A stretch of 64,000 nucleotides of DNA, taken from contig CAWJIM010000003.1 of NCBI GenBank assembly GCA_963842945.1, positions 96,001-160,000 on the forward strand. The letters are read 5' to 3'. The position numbers and the translations under genes were made by a program. Shown here piece after piece: positions 1-9,316 of the stretch. The DNA is from an uncultured Gemmatimonadales bacterium (lineage in GTDB: Bacteria > Gemmatimonadota > Gemmatimonadetes > Gemmatimonadales > GWC2-71-9). Numbering within the stretch: position 1 is the stretch's first letter; every line of letters begins with the position of its first letter. The notes below the pieces were generated by a model, which did not search any database, was not told where the DNA came from, and saw only the letters and a program-made list of their open reading frames with translations.

Positions 1-2
1 CT

Positions 3-158
3 CGCGAGGGCCGGAGCCGCGGGATGCAGGCCAGGGTGGGGGACCACGCCATCTTTTTCCGAAAGGCCGCGGTGGAGATCACCTTCGAGGAGCGGAAGTA
101 CCTGGTGGTGCCGCAGGCCGCGATCCTGGTGCTGGTCCGAGACGATTTGCCGATTTGA
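3..158 (+). CDS. Co-chaperonin GroES/Cpn10-family protein, 3' part (truncated by window edge)
   Basis: Own translation ...MQARVGDHAIFFRKAAVEITFEERKYLVVPQAAILVLVRDDLPI* matches the C-terminal half of GroES-like proteins; TGA at 156-158. Confidence 0.7.
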   Translation, partial: REGRSRGMQARVGDHAIFFRKAAVEITFEERKYLVVPQAAILVLVRDDLPI

Positions 159-285
159 GAGTTGCCAGACCGCAGTCACCAGTCCCCCGTTGTTCAGCTC
201 CGGTACGCAGTCGCTTGTCACCGCTTCGTACATCCAGGTGATATACCGTTCAGGGCGACAGCATCGGCCGGCTGACGACTGACCC

Positions 286-801
286 ATGTGCTTCTTCCTG
301 AGCATCGCGAGTCCCCTGACCCTCAGCGAGATCCGCTCGATGCTACCCTCCGGCCTGACGGCGGACCTTGCCCCCACCGCTGAGCGCGCCCGGCTGAGTC
401 GGCTGCACCCGCCGGCCAGAACGGTGGCCCAGCTTCTGGTGGGCGCCTGCTCCTGCGATCTGGTCCGGACTCGACAGGAAAGTTCGCTGGAAGATGAGCG
501 AGAGCACCGCGGCCGCTATCGGCGACGAAGGCTCAGCCGGACCCAGATCATCCGTGAGCTGGAGCGGCATCGCCGCGGACCGGTGCCCCGGCCCGAGCCC
601 TCTCGCGGCTGGCGCAGCGCCCTCGCGGCATTCGTGGCGGAGCATGCGCGCAATGCGGGGCCGACGCTGTACCTGCTCGAGTTCCTGCCCCACGAGCAAT
701 CCAGCATTCCTGCCGCCTCCCCAATGCGTCGCTCAGTGGCAGAGGTTCGGGGCGCAATCGACACCTGGCTGCCGGAAGGAGAACCAGTAGTGGTGACGTG
801 A
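286..801 (+). CDS. Hypothetical protein (N-terminal Cys, CSCD motif)
   Basis: 171-aa ORF filling the gap between neighbours; no family recognised. Confidence 0.55.
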   Translation: MCFFLSIASPLTLSEIRSMLPSGLTADLAPTAERARLSRLHPPARTVAQLLVGACSCDLVRTRQESSLEDEREHRGRYRRRRLSRTQIIRELERHRRGPVPRPEPSRGWRSALAAFVAEHARNAGPTLYLLEFLPHEQSSIPAASPMRRSVAEVRGAIDTWLPEGEPVVVT

Positions 802-879
802 GGTCCCAACTGGACAGCTTTCCGGCGACTTTCTATACTGGCACCGTCCAATCCCGTCGACTCTCCCCCATGAGGATCC

Positions 880-1509
880 ATGTTCAGAGCCTTTGGTTCC
901 CAGGCTGCGTCTGCCGGACTGCTCGCCGTTGCGCTGCTCTTTGCTTGCGGCCGGAAGGACGCTCAACCCGACGCTTCCGCGGACACCGCCTCCAGCGAGG
1001 AATCCGCTGCCCAGGACACTTTATCCAGCGCCGCTCCGACTGCACAGCCGGCCGGCAACCCCACCGCAGCGCCTCTCACTCCGGCCGACATTGAACGCTG
1101 GACCAAGGGGATGGACGGCGAGCTGCAGGCGGTGCGTGAAGCGGGCGCCAAGCTCAAGAGCGCGCGGACCAGCGATGATACCTTGAACGCGATGATGGGC
1201 GTCCAGGAGATGGCCACGGTGGAGGCGGGAGCGAAGGCGGCAGGCGTAGACCCGGAGCGCTACAAGTTCATCCGCAGCAACCTCTCTGCCGTGGTGGGCT
1301 ACCTGACGCCGTCATTCGGCGGGATCGACACCGCCAGCCTGTCGCAGGCGCAGCGGGACGAGTTGCGCAAGGGAAACGAAGCCCAGATTCAGCGGATGCA
1401 GCAGGAAGTGCCCGCGGACGTGGTGGAGGCGATCAAGCCCCGTGCGGTGGAGTTGCGAAAGAAGGATATGGGACTGGTGGCGGCCCGGCTGAAAGGTGCG
1501 GGCATGTAG
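880..1509 (+). CDS. Hypothetical lipoprotein
   Basis: Signal peptide with lipobox LFAC, Ala/Ser/Pro linker, helical domain; followed by a hairpin. Confidence 0.75.
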   Translation: MFRAFGSQAASAGLLAVALLFACGRKDAQPDASADTASSEESAAQDTLSSAAPTAQPAGNPTAAPLTPADIERWTKGMDGELQAVREAGAKLKSARTSDDTLNAMMGVQEMATVEAGAKAAGVDPERYKFIRSNLSAVVGYLTPSFGGIDTASLSQAQRDELRKGNEAQIQRMQQEVPADVVEAIKPRAVELRKKDMGLVAARLKGAGM

Positions 1510-1514
1510 CAGGA

Positions 1515-1547
1515 ACGAGGGCGCCGCTGCGGAGAGCGGCGCCTCGT
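1515..1547. terminator. Hairpin between convergent genes (possible bidirectional terminator)
   Basis: ACGAGG-G-CGCCGCT ... AGCGGCG-CCTCGT inverted repeat; no U-tract. Confidence 0.55.
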
Positions 1548-1556
1548 GGGTTCACC

Positions 1557-2824
1557 TCAGGACTTGACCAACTCCACCCGGCGGTTGTTCTGCCGGCCTT
1601 CCGGAGTGTCGTTACTCGTCACCGGCTTGGTCTGACCCAGCCCTTTCGCCTGAAGACGAGCCCCCTCGATCTGGTAGCTATCGACGAGGTACTGACGAAC
1701 GGCATTCGCCCGCTTCTCGCTCAGCGCCTGGTTGGCATCGGGCTTCCCGACATTGTCCGTGTGACCCTCGATGACGAGCTTGAGCTCGGGATGGTCTTTC
1801 AGCATCGTCCCGATCTCCTTGAGAGTCGGAGTCGATTCCGGCCGGATCCGGTCGCTTCCCGTGTCAAAGAGGATTCCCTGAGTTGCGACCCTACCCTTCT
1901 CGGCCAACGCGTCGTACAGCTTCTTCCCGCCGGCTGCTACGCGGAAGTTGGCGAACATGGCAGGACGGTCGTCGGTGGCGTCGGTGTTGAAGAGGATCTT
2001 GTTCGACCGGCCCACGTCTGCGTTGGGCACATTCAGGATCCGTTTGTCGTCGAAGTAGACCTTGAGGTATTTCCCGTCACCCATGATCCGAGCACGGCGG
2101 ATCTTGTCTCGCTTCTGGTCGGTATCGTAGCGTCCATTGGCGTTAATGCCGCCCTTGTGGTTATTGAGCTCGGCGGCACCATCGCCTCCGAACTCCACCC
2201 GCGTATTCTCGTCCTCCGTAAAGGAAAGCCAGACCTCTCCATACTGATTGTTGTAGTCGAATTCCAGGGTGAAGCGTTCGGGAAGGGCCTCGGGAAGGGT
2301 AAGGTAGAACTTGGAGGCGCTGGTAGCCCGGAGCCAGCGGCTCCCGTTCCATTCGACGATTTCGGCGGCCCCCGATCTTGAATTCCATTCGCTTTGGGAA
2401 GTCTCCTACTTCATCGGAGGTGAAGTCATCGGCATACAGGACTCGCTCGCCCGGCTTGAAGTCGTAGTTGGCCCACGCTCCCTGTCCCGGCTTGAGTTCG
2501 GCAGCCGTTCCCGCACCCGCCGCACCTGCTGCCCCAGCCGCGCCCCGCGGTGGCAGCCGGCGCCGCACCGGTCTGCCCGGCCGGAGCAGCCGCGGCTGCT
2601 GTGGTATCGGACTTCTTGCCGCCTCCTGCCATGGCACTGTCGATCGCCTTGCTCTCTTCGTCGGTGGCCTTCTGAATCGCCTTGTCCTCGGCCGTCCGCT
2701 TCACCGCATCCTTGAACCGCTTTCCGAACTGGGCATGGGCCGGGTTTGCCCATCCCATGGACAAGACTGCGAGCGCCGCTACCGTGGCGAGCCTCGAGCC
2801 CCAAGTGTTATACGCCATCACCAT
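1557..2824 (-). CDS. OmpA-family protein, split by about 2 frameshifts (near 2540 and 2370)
   Basis: Signal peptide (…AHAQFGKRFKD) in ORF 2426-2824; YDFKPGE…DDFTSDEVGDFP in ORF 2161-2637; OmpA C-terminal domain (FDTGSD, IEGHTDNVG, LSEKRA, NRRVE) in ORF 1557-2198. Confidence 0.85.
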
Positions 2825-3045
2825 TACCCCTATGCGTTGAATGAGAACCAGTAGGAGCAGGACTACGACACACCGGGGAACGCGGGCGTCCGACTCGCGC
2901 CAACGTGAAGCTGCACGTACCGGCTGATGAAGGCCGTGCGGAAGAGACTATGGCTGATTCAAGCTGTCTCGAGGAGCTTCGATCCGTACACGTGTGTCCT
3001 GCACGCCAGGAAGCGCGCCCACTATGTTCGAAGTGGAGGCTGACT

Positions 3046-3904
3046 TTGTCAAGCACCGCTTTGTCCCACCGGGACGGACGGTTTACCGGATCGGGCGGTA
3101 CCGAGCTCTTCTGGCAGAGCTGGGTGCCGGCTGGAGCTCCGAGAGCTGTGCTGGTGAACCTGCACGGCCTGGGCGACCATAGCGGCCTGTATCCCACGTC
3201 TGGCGGAGTTCTTCCCGGCTCGCGGCATCGCGCTCTATGCCTTCGACCTGAGAGGGAACGGCCGGTCACCGGGCCAACGGGCGTACATCAGGAGCTGGGA
3301 TCAATACCGCGAGGATCTTCACCGTTTCCTGGACCGAGTGAGGAGCTGGCAGCCCGACCTGCCGCTCTTCGTCCTGGGAAACAGCCTCGGAGGATTGATC
3401 GTCCTCGAATACGCCTTGCACTATCCGGACGGTCTGGCCGGCGTCATCGCCGCGGCCCCGCCCCTCGGAAAGCTCGGCGTGCCGCCCATTCTTATGGCCC
3501 TTGGCCGGGTGCTCTCCCGACTAGCGCCCCGGTTTACCCTTCGAGTGGGAATGGACCTGAGCGGGCTTGCCCGGGACCCGGCCGTCGTGGAGGCGGTTCT
3601 GGCAGATCCGTGGTTTCACCGGTGGGGTACCGCGCGGCTCTCGACCGAAGTGACCTCGGCAATCGCCCGGGTGCATGGAGAGGCAGAAACGTTGTCGCTG
3701 CCGGTGCTGATCCTGCATGGTTCGGCGGATCGAATGGTGCCGCCCGAGGGCAGCCGGGAATTCTACTCCCGGCTTCGCCAGGCTGACCGTGAGTTCCGGG
3801 AATATCCCGAGGGCTACCACGGACTCTTTGCGGATATCGACTCGCAGGCGGTTCTGTCCGACGTGGGACGCTGGCTGGACGCGCATCTGCCGGTCCCGGG
3901 GTGA
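3046..3904 (+). CDS. Alpha/beta hydrolase, lysophospholipase/monoacylglycerol lipase-like; frameshift near 3200
   Basis: GGAGG RBS then TTG at 3046; HGLGDHSG motif, nucleophile motif GNSLGG, LHGSAD, YPEGYH. Confidence 0.85.
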
Positions 3905-3959
3905 TCCGGACCCTCGCGGAGGCACCGGTCGTCCGGTAGTATCAGTAGAAGGTGGTACC

Positions 3960-4415
3960 ATGACGACTCCTTCTGTGTCCCCAGCCATTCCCCCCACCCG
4001 GCGGCGGGTAACGTCGCTCTTCACCCGGGCACTGCGTCTCCGCTGCCCTCACTGCGGTGGGGGTCCGATCTTTGTCACCTGGTCACACCTGGTGCCCAAT
4101 TGCCCGGTCTGCGGCCTCGGGCTGGAACGGGGAGAAGAGGGGTACTGGCTGGGGGCGTACTTCTTCAATCTGATGGCGATGGAGACCGTCTTCAGCATCT
4201 GGGTCGTGGGTTTTCTGCTGGGGACCTGGCCCGACCCGCCATGGGACCTGTTTCAGGCCACCACTATCGCCCTGATGCTGGTGGTGCCTTTTGCGTTTTT
4301 TCCCTACTCCAAAACCCTCTTTCTTGCCTTCGACCTCCTGGTGCGCCCGCCGACCGAGGAAGATTTTGTGGTGCCCCACGAGGAGGCCTGGAACATTCGG
4401 CGGAAGCAGACCTGA
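3960..4415 (+). CDS. DUF983-like membrane protein with zinc ribbon
   Basis: RCPHCGGG…CPVCGL followed by two hydrophobic helices and PYSKTLFLAFD. Confidence 0.8.
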   Translation: MTTPSVSPAIPPTRRRVTSLFTRALRLRCPHCGGGPIFVTWSHLVPNCPVCGLGLERGEEGYWLGAYFFNLMAMETVFSIWVVGFLLGTWPDPPWDLFQATTIALMLVVPFAFFPYSKTLFLAFDLLVRPPTEEDFVVPHEEAWNIRRKQT

Positions 4416-4441
4416 TCCCTCAGCGGCCAGGCCGCGCGAAA

Positions 4442-4972
4442 TCAGGGGCGAGCGCGGAGGAGCGGCAGGTATTCGAGCCAGGGACCCACAGCGTCGGTAT
4501 ACTGGCGTCCCATCACCCGGGCAATCTGTCCCAGATGATTGAGATCGTGAGCCACCCAGGTGGCCAGCAGCTGGCCCAAGCTCACGGGGCCGAGCTCGGG
4601 GTGCCGGCCTCGACGATCGAAATCAGAGGGTTGCAGCCGGTGGGACTCCAGCCGGTCCACATTGATGCGGCGCAGCTCGGTAAAGGTATCGAGCAGTTCC
4701 CCCAGAGACTTTCCCCGGGACTCGCGAAACTGGGCAAACCGATCGAACGGCGTGAACGGCCGCGAGTCGCCCTGCGCCAGCAGCAGCTCGAGCCGGGGAA
4801 TCCAGTCGGTCCGCTCCCCGTGGATCAGGTGGCCGACGATGTCGTAGGGACTCCAGGTGTCGGGCCCTTCGTTGGAGCGAACCCAGACCTCGGGCAGGTT
4901 TTCCAGCCAGGCACGGAGCACCTGCGGCGTGGCCCGCAACACCGGCAGCGCATCGTCCAAGGTGAAGTTCAC
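4442..4972 (-). CDS. DinB/YfiT-like four-helix-bundle (DinB_2) protein
   Basis: GTG start; WSPYDIVGHLIHGE…WVAHDLNHLGQI His-triad pattern. Confidence 0.85.
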   Translation of the reverse strand: MNFTLDDALPVLRATPQVLRAWLENLPEVWVRSNEGPDTWSPYDIVGHLIHGERTDWIPRLELLLAQGDSRPFTPFDRFAQFRESRGKSLGELLDTFTELRRINVDRLESHRLQPSDFDRRGRHPELGPVSLGQLLATWVAHDLNHLGQIARVMGRQYTDAVGPWLEYLPLLRARP

Positions 4973-5596
4973 GAGCGTTGCACCGGCAGAAGGTAGAACG
5001 CCATCAGATAGTCCGTGCAGGGCAAGACTGGCCCAGGGATTCACGAAGGCCAGGACGAAGGATAGAAAGTAGGCTGCAGGCCCGATCAGATATCGGCGGC
5101 TGATGGTCCGCAGCGCGTGTCTGTCCGCGTCGGGACCGAGCAGCCGACCGTCCCGGATGGCGTACCACCAGAGGGCATTGTACGCCAAAGCGATGATCAC
5201 GAAGGTCGCGCTGTACCCGGCCACCGCCACCCGCCGGCCGCCGGGCCGAGGGAGGTACTCCGCCAGCACCGCCGTGGGAAACGGCAGAAAGGCAATCCAC
5301 ATCAGAAAGACCACGCTGAGCATCAGGAAGTAGCGATCGGTCCGCCGAATCAGCTCGAACATGCTGTGGTGATTGGCCCACATCACGCCAATAGTGATGA
5401 AGCTGATGAGGTAGCCCAGGTACGAAGGCCAGAGCCCCAGAAGGGCGCGGAAGAGGTCAACGCCCTCATGGGTGATCTCGGGAGACGGGACGCGGATCTC
5501 CAGGACGAGCAGGGTGATCGCGATGGCAAACACGCCATCGCTGAACGCCTCGACCCGGCCCGTCTCCGAAACGCCCGGGCTCAACGACTGGACCAT
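4969..5596 (-). CDS. TMEM175-family (DUF1211) potassium channel; frameshift near 5008
   Basis: RVEAFSDGVFAIAITLLVL signature; natural C-terminus LMAFYLLPVQRS* lies in the adjacent frame and ends in a GTGA overlap with the DinB gene. Confidence 0.88.
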
Positions 5597-5677
5597 GTCA
5601 CCTCGGGAAGCGCAGAGAAGGAAATCTGCTCTAAATTAGCCCTACCCTGATGGATCTGCCTCGACAGGAGTCTTCGC

Positions 5678-6106
5678 GTGTTTTCTCCCGATCATTTGCG
5701 CCTTCCAATGGTGCTACTTGCTGGAGCAGGGTTGCTGGCTTGTGGTCAGAGCACCAGCCATCATCCCGACATGGGACCGGTTGTATTCGAGGATCGATTG
5801 GTCATTCAGGACACCGATGACCGTTCGCCGCTTGGCATACCGCCATCTGCGTTGCCGCCGGCCGGTGCCTGCCGTCTGTGGAAGCCAGGCCGTCCGGTTC
5901 GGGAGCAGGCCGCTGTCGGCGCGTGTGCTCAGATCGAGCCTGCGGCTCCGCCCGAGAGCTGGATTCTGTATCGGCCCAGCCAGGACCCCCGGCTGGTGCA
6001 CGTAAGAGTGGTGGATCCAGACCAGGCCGGGCTGGTGACGCAGGTGCGAGTGTACGATGCGGAGCGAGGGACCTATCTGGGCTCGAAGCAGCGGGCCCAT
6101 TCTTGA
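5678..6106 (+). CDS. Hypothetical lipoprotein
   Basis: Lipobox LLAC; LGIPPSALPPAGACRLWKPGRP motif. Confidence 0.7.
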   Translation: MFSPDHLRLPMVLLAGAGLLACGQSTSHHPDMGPVVFEDRLVIQDTDDRSPLGIPPSALPPAGACRLWKPGRPVREQAAVGACAQIEPAAPPESWILYRPSQDPRLVHVRVVDPDQAGLVTQVRVYDAERGTYLGSKQRAHS

Positions 6107-6162
6107 CGGCAGGTGGCTTCGGGATATATTCGGGTAAGCTAGTGCCGAATAAACCCCGAAGC
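6103..6162 (+). promoter_or_regulatory. Sigma70-like promoter overlapped by a repeat/palindrome (candidate SOS-type operator)
   Basis: TTGACG (6103-6108) N16 TATATT (6125-6130); imperfect palindrome GCTTCGGG-ATA-TATTCGG…CCGAATA-AAC-CCCGAAGC at 6116-6162. Confidence 0.55.
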
Positions 6163-6171
6163 GAGGCACCG

Positions 6172-6356
6172 ATGTTTTTCCCCGCACTGTCCATCCTGCC
6201 GCAACATCCCTCGGCGTTCTCTCCCGCACTGAATCAAAGCCGGTAACCGGCGGCCACCCAGCACTATTCGGCGTCTGTCCCGATTGCGCCGGTCCCCTGG
6301 TGCCCTCATCAGGCTGCTTCAGTTGCACCCGATGTGGATGGGGACTATGCGGGTGA
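6172..6356 (+). CDS. Small zinc-ribbon protein (about 60 aa); needs a 1-nt correction in the T5C4 run after the ATG
   Basis: GAGG RBS and ATG at 6172; the adjacent frame is open from at least 6171 and ends CPDCAGPLVPSSGCFSCTRCGWGLCG*; its TGA overlaps the radical SAM ATG (TGATG). Confidence 0.6.
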
Positions 6357-7563
6357 TGGAGCGGGGAGGACGGGAAGAGGGGAGGCGGGGAAGTTGGCAC
6401 GCGGGGACGCGGGGATGTTGGCAACGCGTGGAAGCGGGCCGGCAAGCAGACGATGTTCCGCAGCTAGAGCTACTTCCCCCCCTTCCCGCTTCCCCGCTTC
6501 CCGTCTTAGACACCCGTGCCCGGGGTACCAGGTTCATCCAGCTCTCGGTGCGCTCGGTGCTGAACACGCCGGCATCCACTCACATGGGATTCTGGTCCAT
6601 CAATCCCTATGTCGGATGCGAATTCGGCTGTACCTACTGTTACGCGCGGGATACGCATCGGTGGGTGGTAGAGAGGCTGGGCAGCGGAGGCAGATGGGCG
6701 GCGGGTACTGTAAGTTCTTCGGGTCGGGTTATCAAAGCTGGATCACCCGAGTTCCGTCCGCCGGTCCGCCCGTCCGCCTGCCCGCCTGGGAGGCCTTCGA
6801 AAAAGAGATCCTGGTCAAATCCGGCGTGGCTGAAGTGCTGGGCCGTACGCTCAAACCCGCTCGGCTGGCCGGCCAGTCTCTGGTCATTGGCACCGCCACT
6901 GATCCGTATCAGCCGGCCGAGCGGCGGTTTCGACTCACCCGGCGCATTCTGGAGGTATTGCGCTCCTATCACGGGCTTTCGATCGAGATCATCACCAAGT
7001 CGCCGTTGGTCATTCGCGATCTCGACCTGTTGCAGGCGCTCTCTCAACAGAACGAGGTGAACGTCAACATTTCGCTGGCCACGGCCGACCCCCGGCTGGC
7101 CCGCCGCCTGGAGCTGCGCTCGCCGGTTCCGGGAGCGCGGTTGCGGGCACTGCGGCGGCTCACCGAAGGTGGGGTCTATGCCGGACTGATTGTGGCGCCA
7201 ATCATTCCCGGCATCACCGATGACTGGGCCGGGTTGGCGCGGCTCATGGAAGCAGCGAAGGAGGCGGGTGCCCGCTACGTGATCGGGTCGGCGCTCCGGC
7301 TCGGCCCCGCGGCGCGGCGCCGCTTCCTTCCTGTGCTCGAGCGGGAGTTCCCGGCTCTGTACGAGCGATATCGCCGTCATTACGCCGGTAGCGACATGGC
7401 CAGCCGGAGCTATCAGGATGCGCTCACTCGCCGGCTCAATGCTCTGCGTCAGGCCTACGGGTTTGCCGGCGATGAGGCGAGTAAGCGGCGCCGGCAGCGG
7501 CTCGAAGCTGCCGAGCACAGCGGCAAAGTGGTGGATGCGGCCGAGCAGTCCGTCCTGTTATAG
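6356..7563 (+). CDS. Radical SAM protein, SplB/Rv2578c-like DNA-repair-associated family; frameshift at about 6690-6790
   Basis: SINPYVGCEFGCTYCYA (CxxxCxxC), then GTATDPYQPAE, IITKSPL, APIIPGITD in the next frame. Confidence 0.88.
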
Positions 7564-7574
7564 AGGAAATCGCC

Positions 7575-7941
7575 ATGAGCAGCGCCCAACATGATCGCAG
7601 AATCGATTACATCGAATTCTCCGTCACCAGTGTGCCGGAGGCTAAGCGTTTTTATGGCGAAGCGTTTGGCTGGAGCTTCGAGGACTACGGACCGGAATAC
7701 GCCAGCTTTGCCGATGGCCGGCTGAGTGGCGGATTTCAGACGGCCTCCCGGGTTGCCCGCTGGGGGACCCCTGGTGGTGATCTACGCGCTCGATTTGGAG
7801 TCGCAGGAGCGCCGGGTCAAACAGGCGGGCGGCACCATCGTGCGAGGCATTTTCAGTTTTCCCGGTGGCCGCCGTTTCCATTTTACCGACCCCAGCGGCA
7901 ACGAGCTGGCGGTATGGTCGGACACCAAGAGTGAACGGTAG
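7575..7941 (+). CDS. VOC/glyoxalase family protein; frameshift near 7760
   Basis: RIDYIEF…KRFYGEAFGWSFEDYGPEY, then FPGGRRFHFTDPSGNELAVWS. Confidence 0.88.
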
Positions 7942-8017
7942 AACAGTTAACGGTAAACAGGGAATTCACCACGAGAGAATTCGCCATCCTGTTCACCGTT
8001 TACTGTTCACCGTTCAC
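7931..8017. repeat. Inverted pair of heptamer tandem arrays (REP-like)
   Basis: GTGAACG/GTAGAACA/GTTAACG/GTAAACAG at 7931-7961 versus CTGTTCAC/CGTTTAC/TGTTCAC/CGTTCAC at 7988-8017. Confidence 0.75.
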
Positions 8018-8028
8018 GCTTTTCGCCT

Positions 8029-9291
8029 ATGCGTTCCGTGTTGTTCGTCGATCCGCCCGCCTTCTGTACCACGCTGGAAGGTCTGGTGGCCCCGGCCCTC
8101 CGAACCCGCCCGCTCGCCATCGCGCGCGCGGGAGCAGACCGGGCCACCGTTCTCGCGCTCTCACCCGAGGCGCGATTGGCCGGGCTGACCCCCGGCATGC
8201 CGGTGCAAAAGGCCCAGCGGCTCTGCCGCGACCTCATCGTGGTGCCGCCCAACCCGCAGCTCTACGCCCGAGCGTCTCGTGCCCTGCACGAGATTCTGCA
8301 GCTGTTTGCCCCGACCATAGAGCCCCGGGGATATGGCCATGCCTTTCTCGATCTCACCGGAACCGGCCGGCTCTTCGGCCCGCCGCAGGACGTTGGGGCG
8401 CGGCTGGGGCGAGAAGTGCGGAACCGGCTCCGCTTTCCTATCTCTGTTGGCATTGCCGGGAACAAGCTGGTGAGCCAGGCGGCAATACGGGCGGACAGGC
8501 GGACAGGCGGATGGGCGGACGGAACCAGCGGCAATGAGCTCTTATACGTACCGGCCGGTAACGAACGAGAGTTCCTGGCGCCTCAGCCTCTGGAAGTACT
8601 GCCCGAACTGGATCCCGACATGCGGTTTCGGCTGGACGAGTATCAGCTGGAGCTGGTCGGGGAAGTGGCGAATATCTCCGAGAGCGCGCTCTGCTCGGTG
8701 TTCGGGCGGGGCGGCCGGGTGCTCCGGGCCAGAGCCCGTGGAATCGACCCGCGTCCGGTCCTCTCACCGGAGCAGCAGTCCGTGTTTTGCCTGGTGCATA
8801 CGCTGTCGAGCGATACCAACGATCTCGGCATTCTGCATCCGGTCCTGCGCTTGCTGAGCGAGCGGCTGGGTCGGCGGCTGCGTCGCCGGGAGCTCGCTGC
8901 CGGCCGGTTGCGCTTGCAGGCCACCTACGCGGATTACACTACCGTCACCCGCAGCGTTCCGCTGAGCGCCGCGGTGCTCGATGCGGAGCTTTGGGATGCG
9001 GCTCGGCGAGCCTTTGCCGTGGCCAACAGCAAACGGCTGGCAGTCCGTTCACTGGCGCTCACGCTGGATCAGCTGGTAGAGAAAGAGGCGCAGCTGGATC
9101 TATGGGCCGGTCAGCGGGGCGGGTACCGCTTGCGGGTGGATGGGCGGAGGGGCAGCAAAAGCACGCCGGCCAAGATATCGCAGACTGCCCCGCTGCCCCG
9201 CTGCCCCGCTGCCCCGCCACTCTCCAGTACGCCATCGATCACATTCATGCTCGCTATGGTGCCGGTGCACTCCGGCAGGGAGTGCCGCTGA
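8029..9291 (+). CDS. Y-family DNA polymerase-like protein (DinB/ImuB-like, catalytically degenerate); frameshift at about 9110-9220, true end uncertain
   Basis: VLFVDPPAF, SPEARLAGLTPGMP, AFLDLTG, SVGIAGNKLVS; the SIDE motif is replaced by GYGH; clamp-binding motif QLDLW; tail AIDHIHARYG in another frame. Confidence 0.85.
   Translation: MRSVLFVDPPAFCTTLEGLVAPALRTRPLAIARAGADRATVLALSPEARLAGLTPGMPVQKAQRLCRDLIVVPPNPQLYARASRALHEILQLFAPTIEPRGYGHAFLDLTGTGRLFGPPQDVGARLGREVRNRLRFPISVGIAGNKLVSQAAIRADRRTGGWADGTSGNELLYVPAGNEREFLAPQPLEVLPELDPDMRFRLDEYQLELVGEVANISESALCSVFGRGGRVLRARARGIDPRPVLSPEQQSVFCLVHTLSSDTNDLGILHPVLRLLSERLGRRLRRRELAAGRLRLQATYADYTTVTRSVPLSAAVLDAELWDAARRAFAVANSKRLAVRSLALTLDQLVEKEAQLDLWAGQRGGYRLRVDGRRGSKSTPAKISQTAPLPRCPAAPPLSSTPSITFMLAMVPVHSGRECR
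8490..8521. repeat. 8-mer tandem repeat GGCGGAYR x4 inside the DinB-like gene
   Basis: GGCGGACA GGCGGACA GGCGGATG GGCGGACG, encoding an RADRRTGGWADG insertion. Confidence 0.75.
9185..9216. repeat. Perfect 8-mer tandem repeat CTGCCCCG x4
   Basis: Read directly from the sequence; degenerate complementary arm at about 9110-9156. Confidence 0.85.
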
Positions 9292-9316
9292 CTGCTCGCC
9301 GCCTGGGGTCTCTCCG

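Noticed and set aside
4442..5596. Apparent TMEM175 channel-DinB fusion (384-aa ORF)
   Set aside because: The natural TMEM175 end (FYLLPVQRS*) lies in the adjacent frame with a GTGA overlap, so one indel explains the fusion
7931..8017. CRISPR-like repeats
   Set aside because: The units are 7-8 nt without spacers, and there are no cas genes
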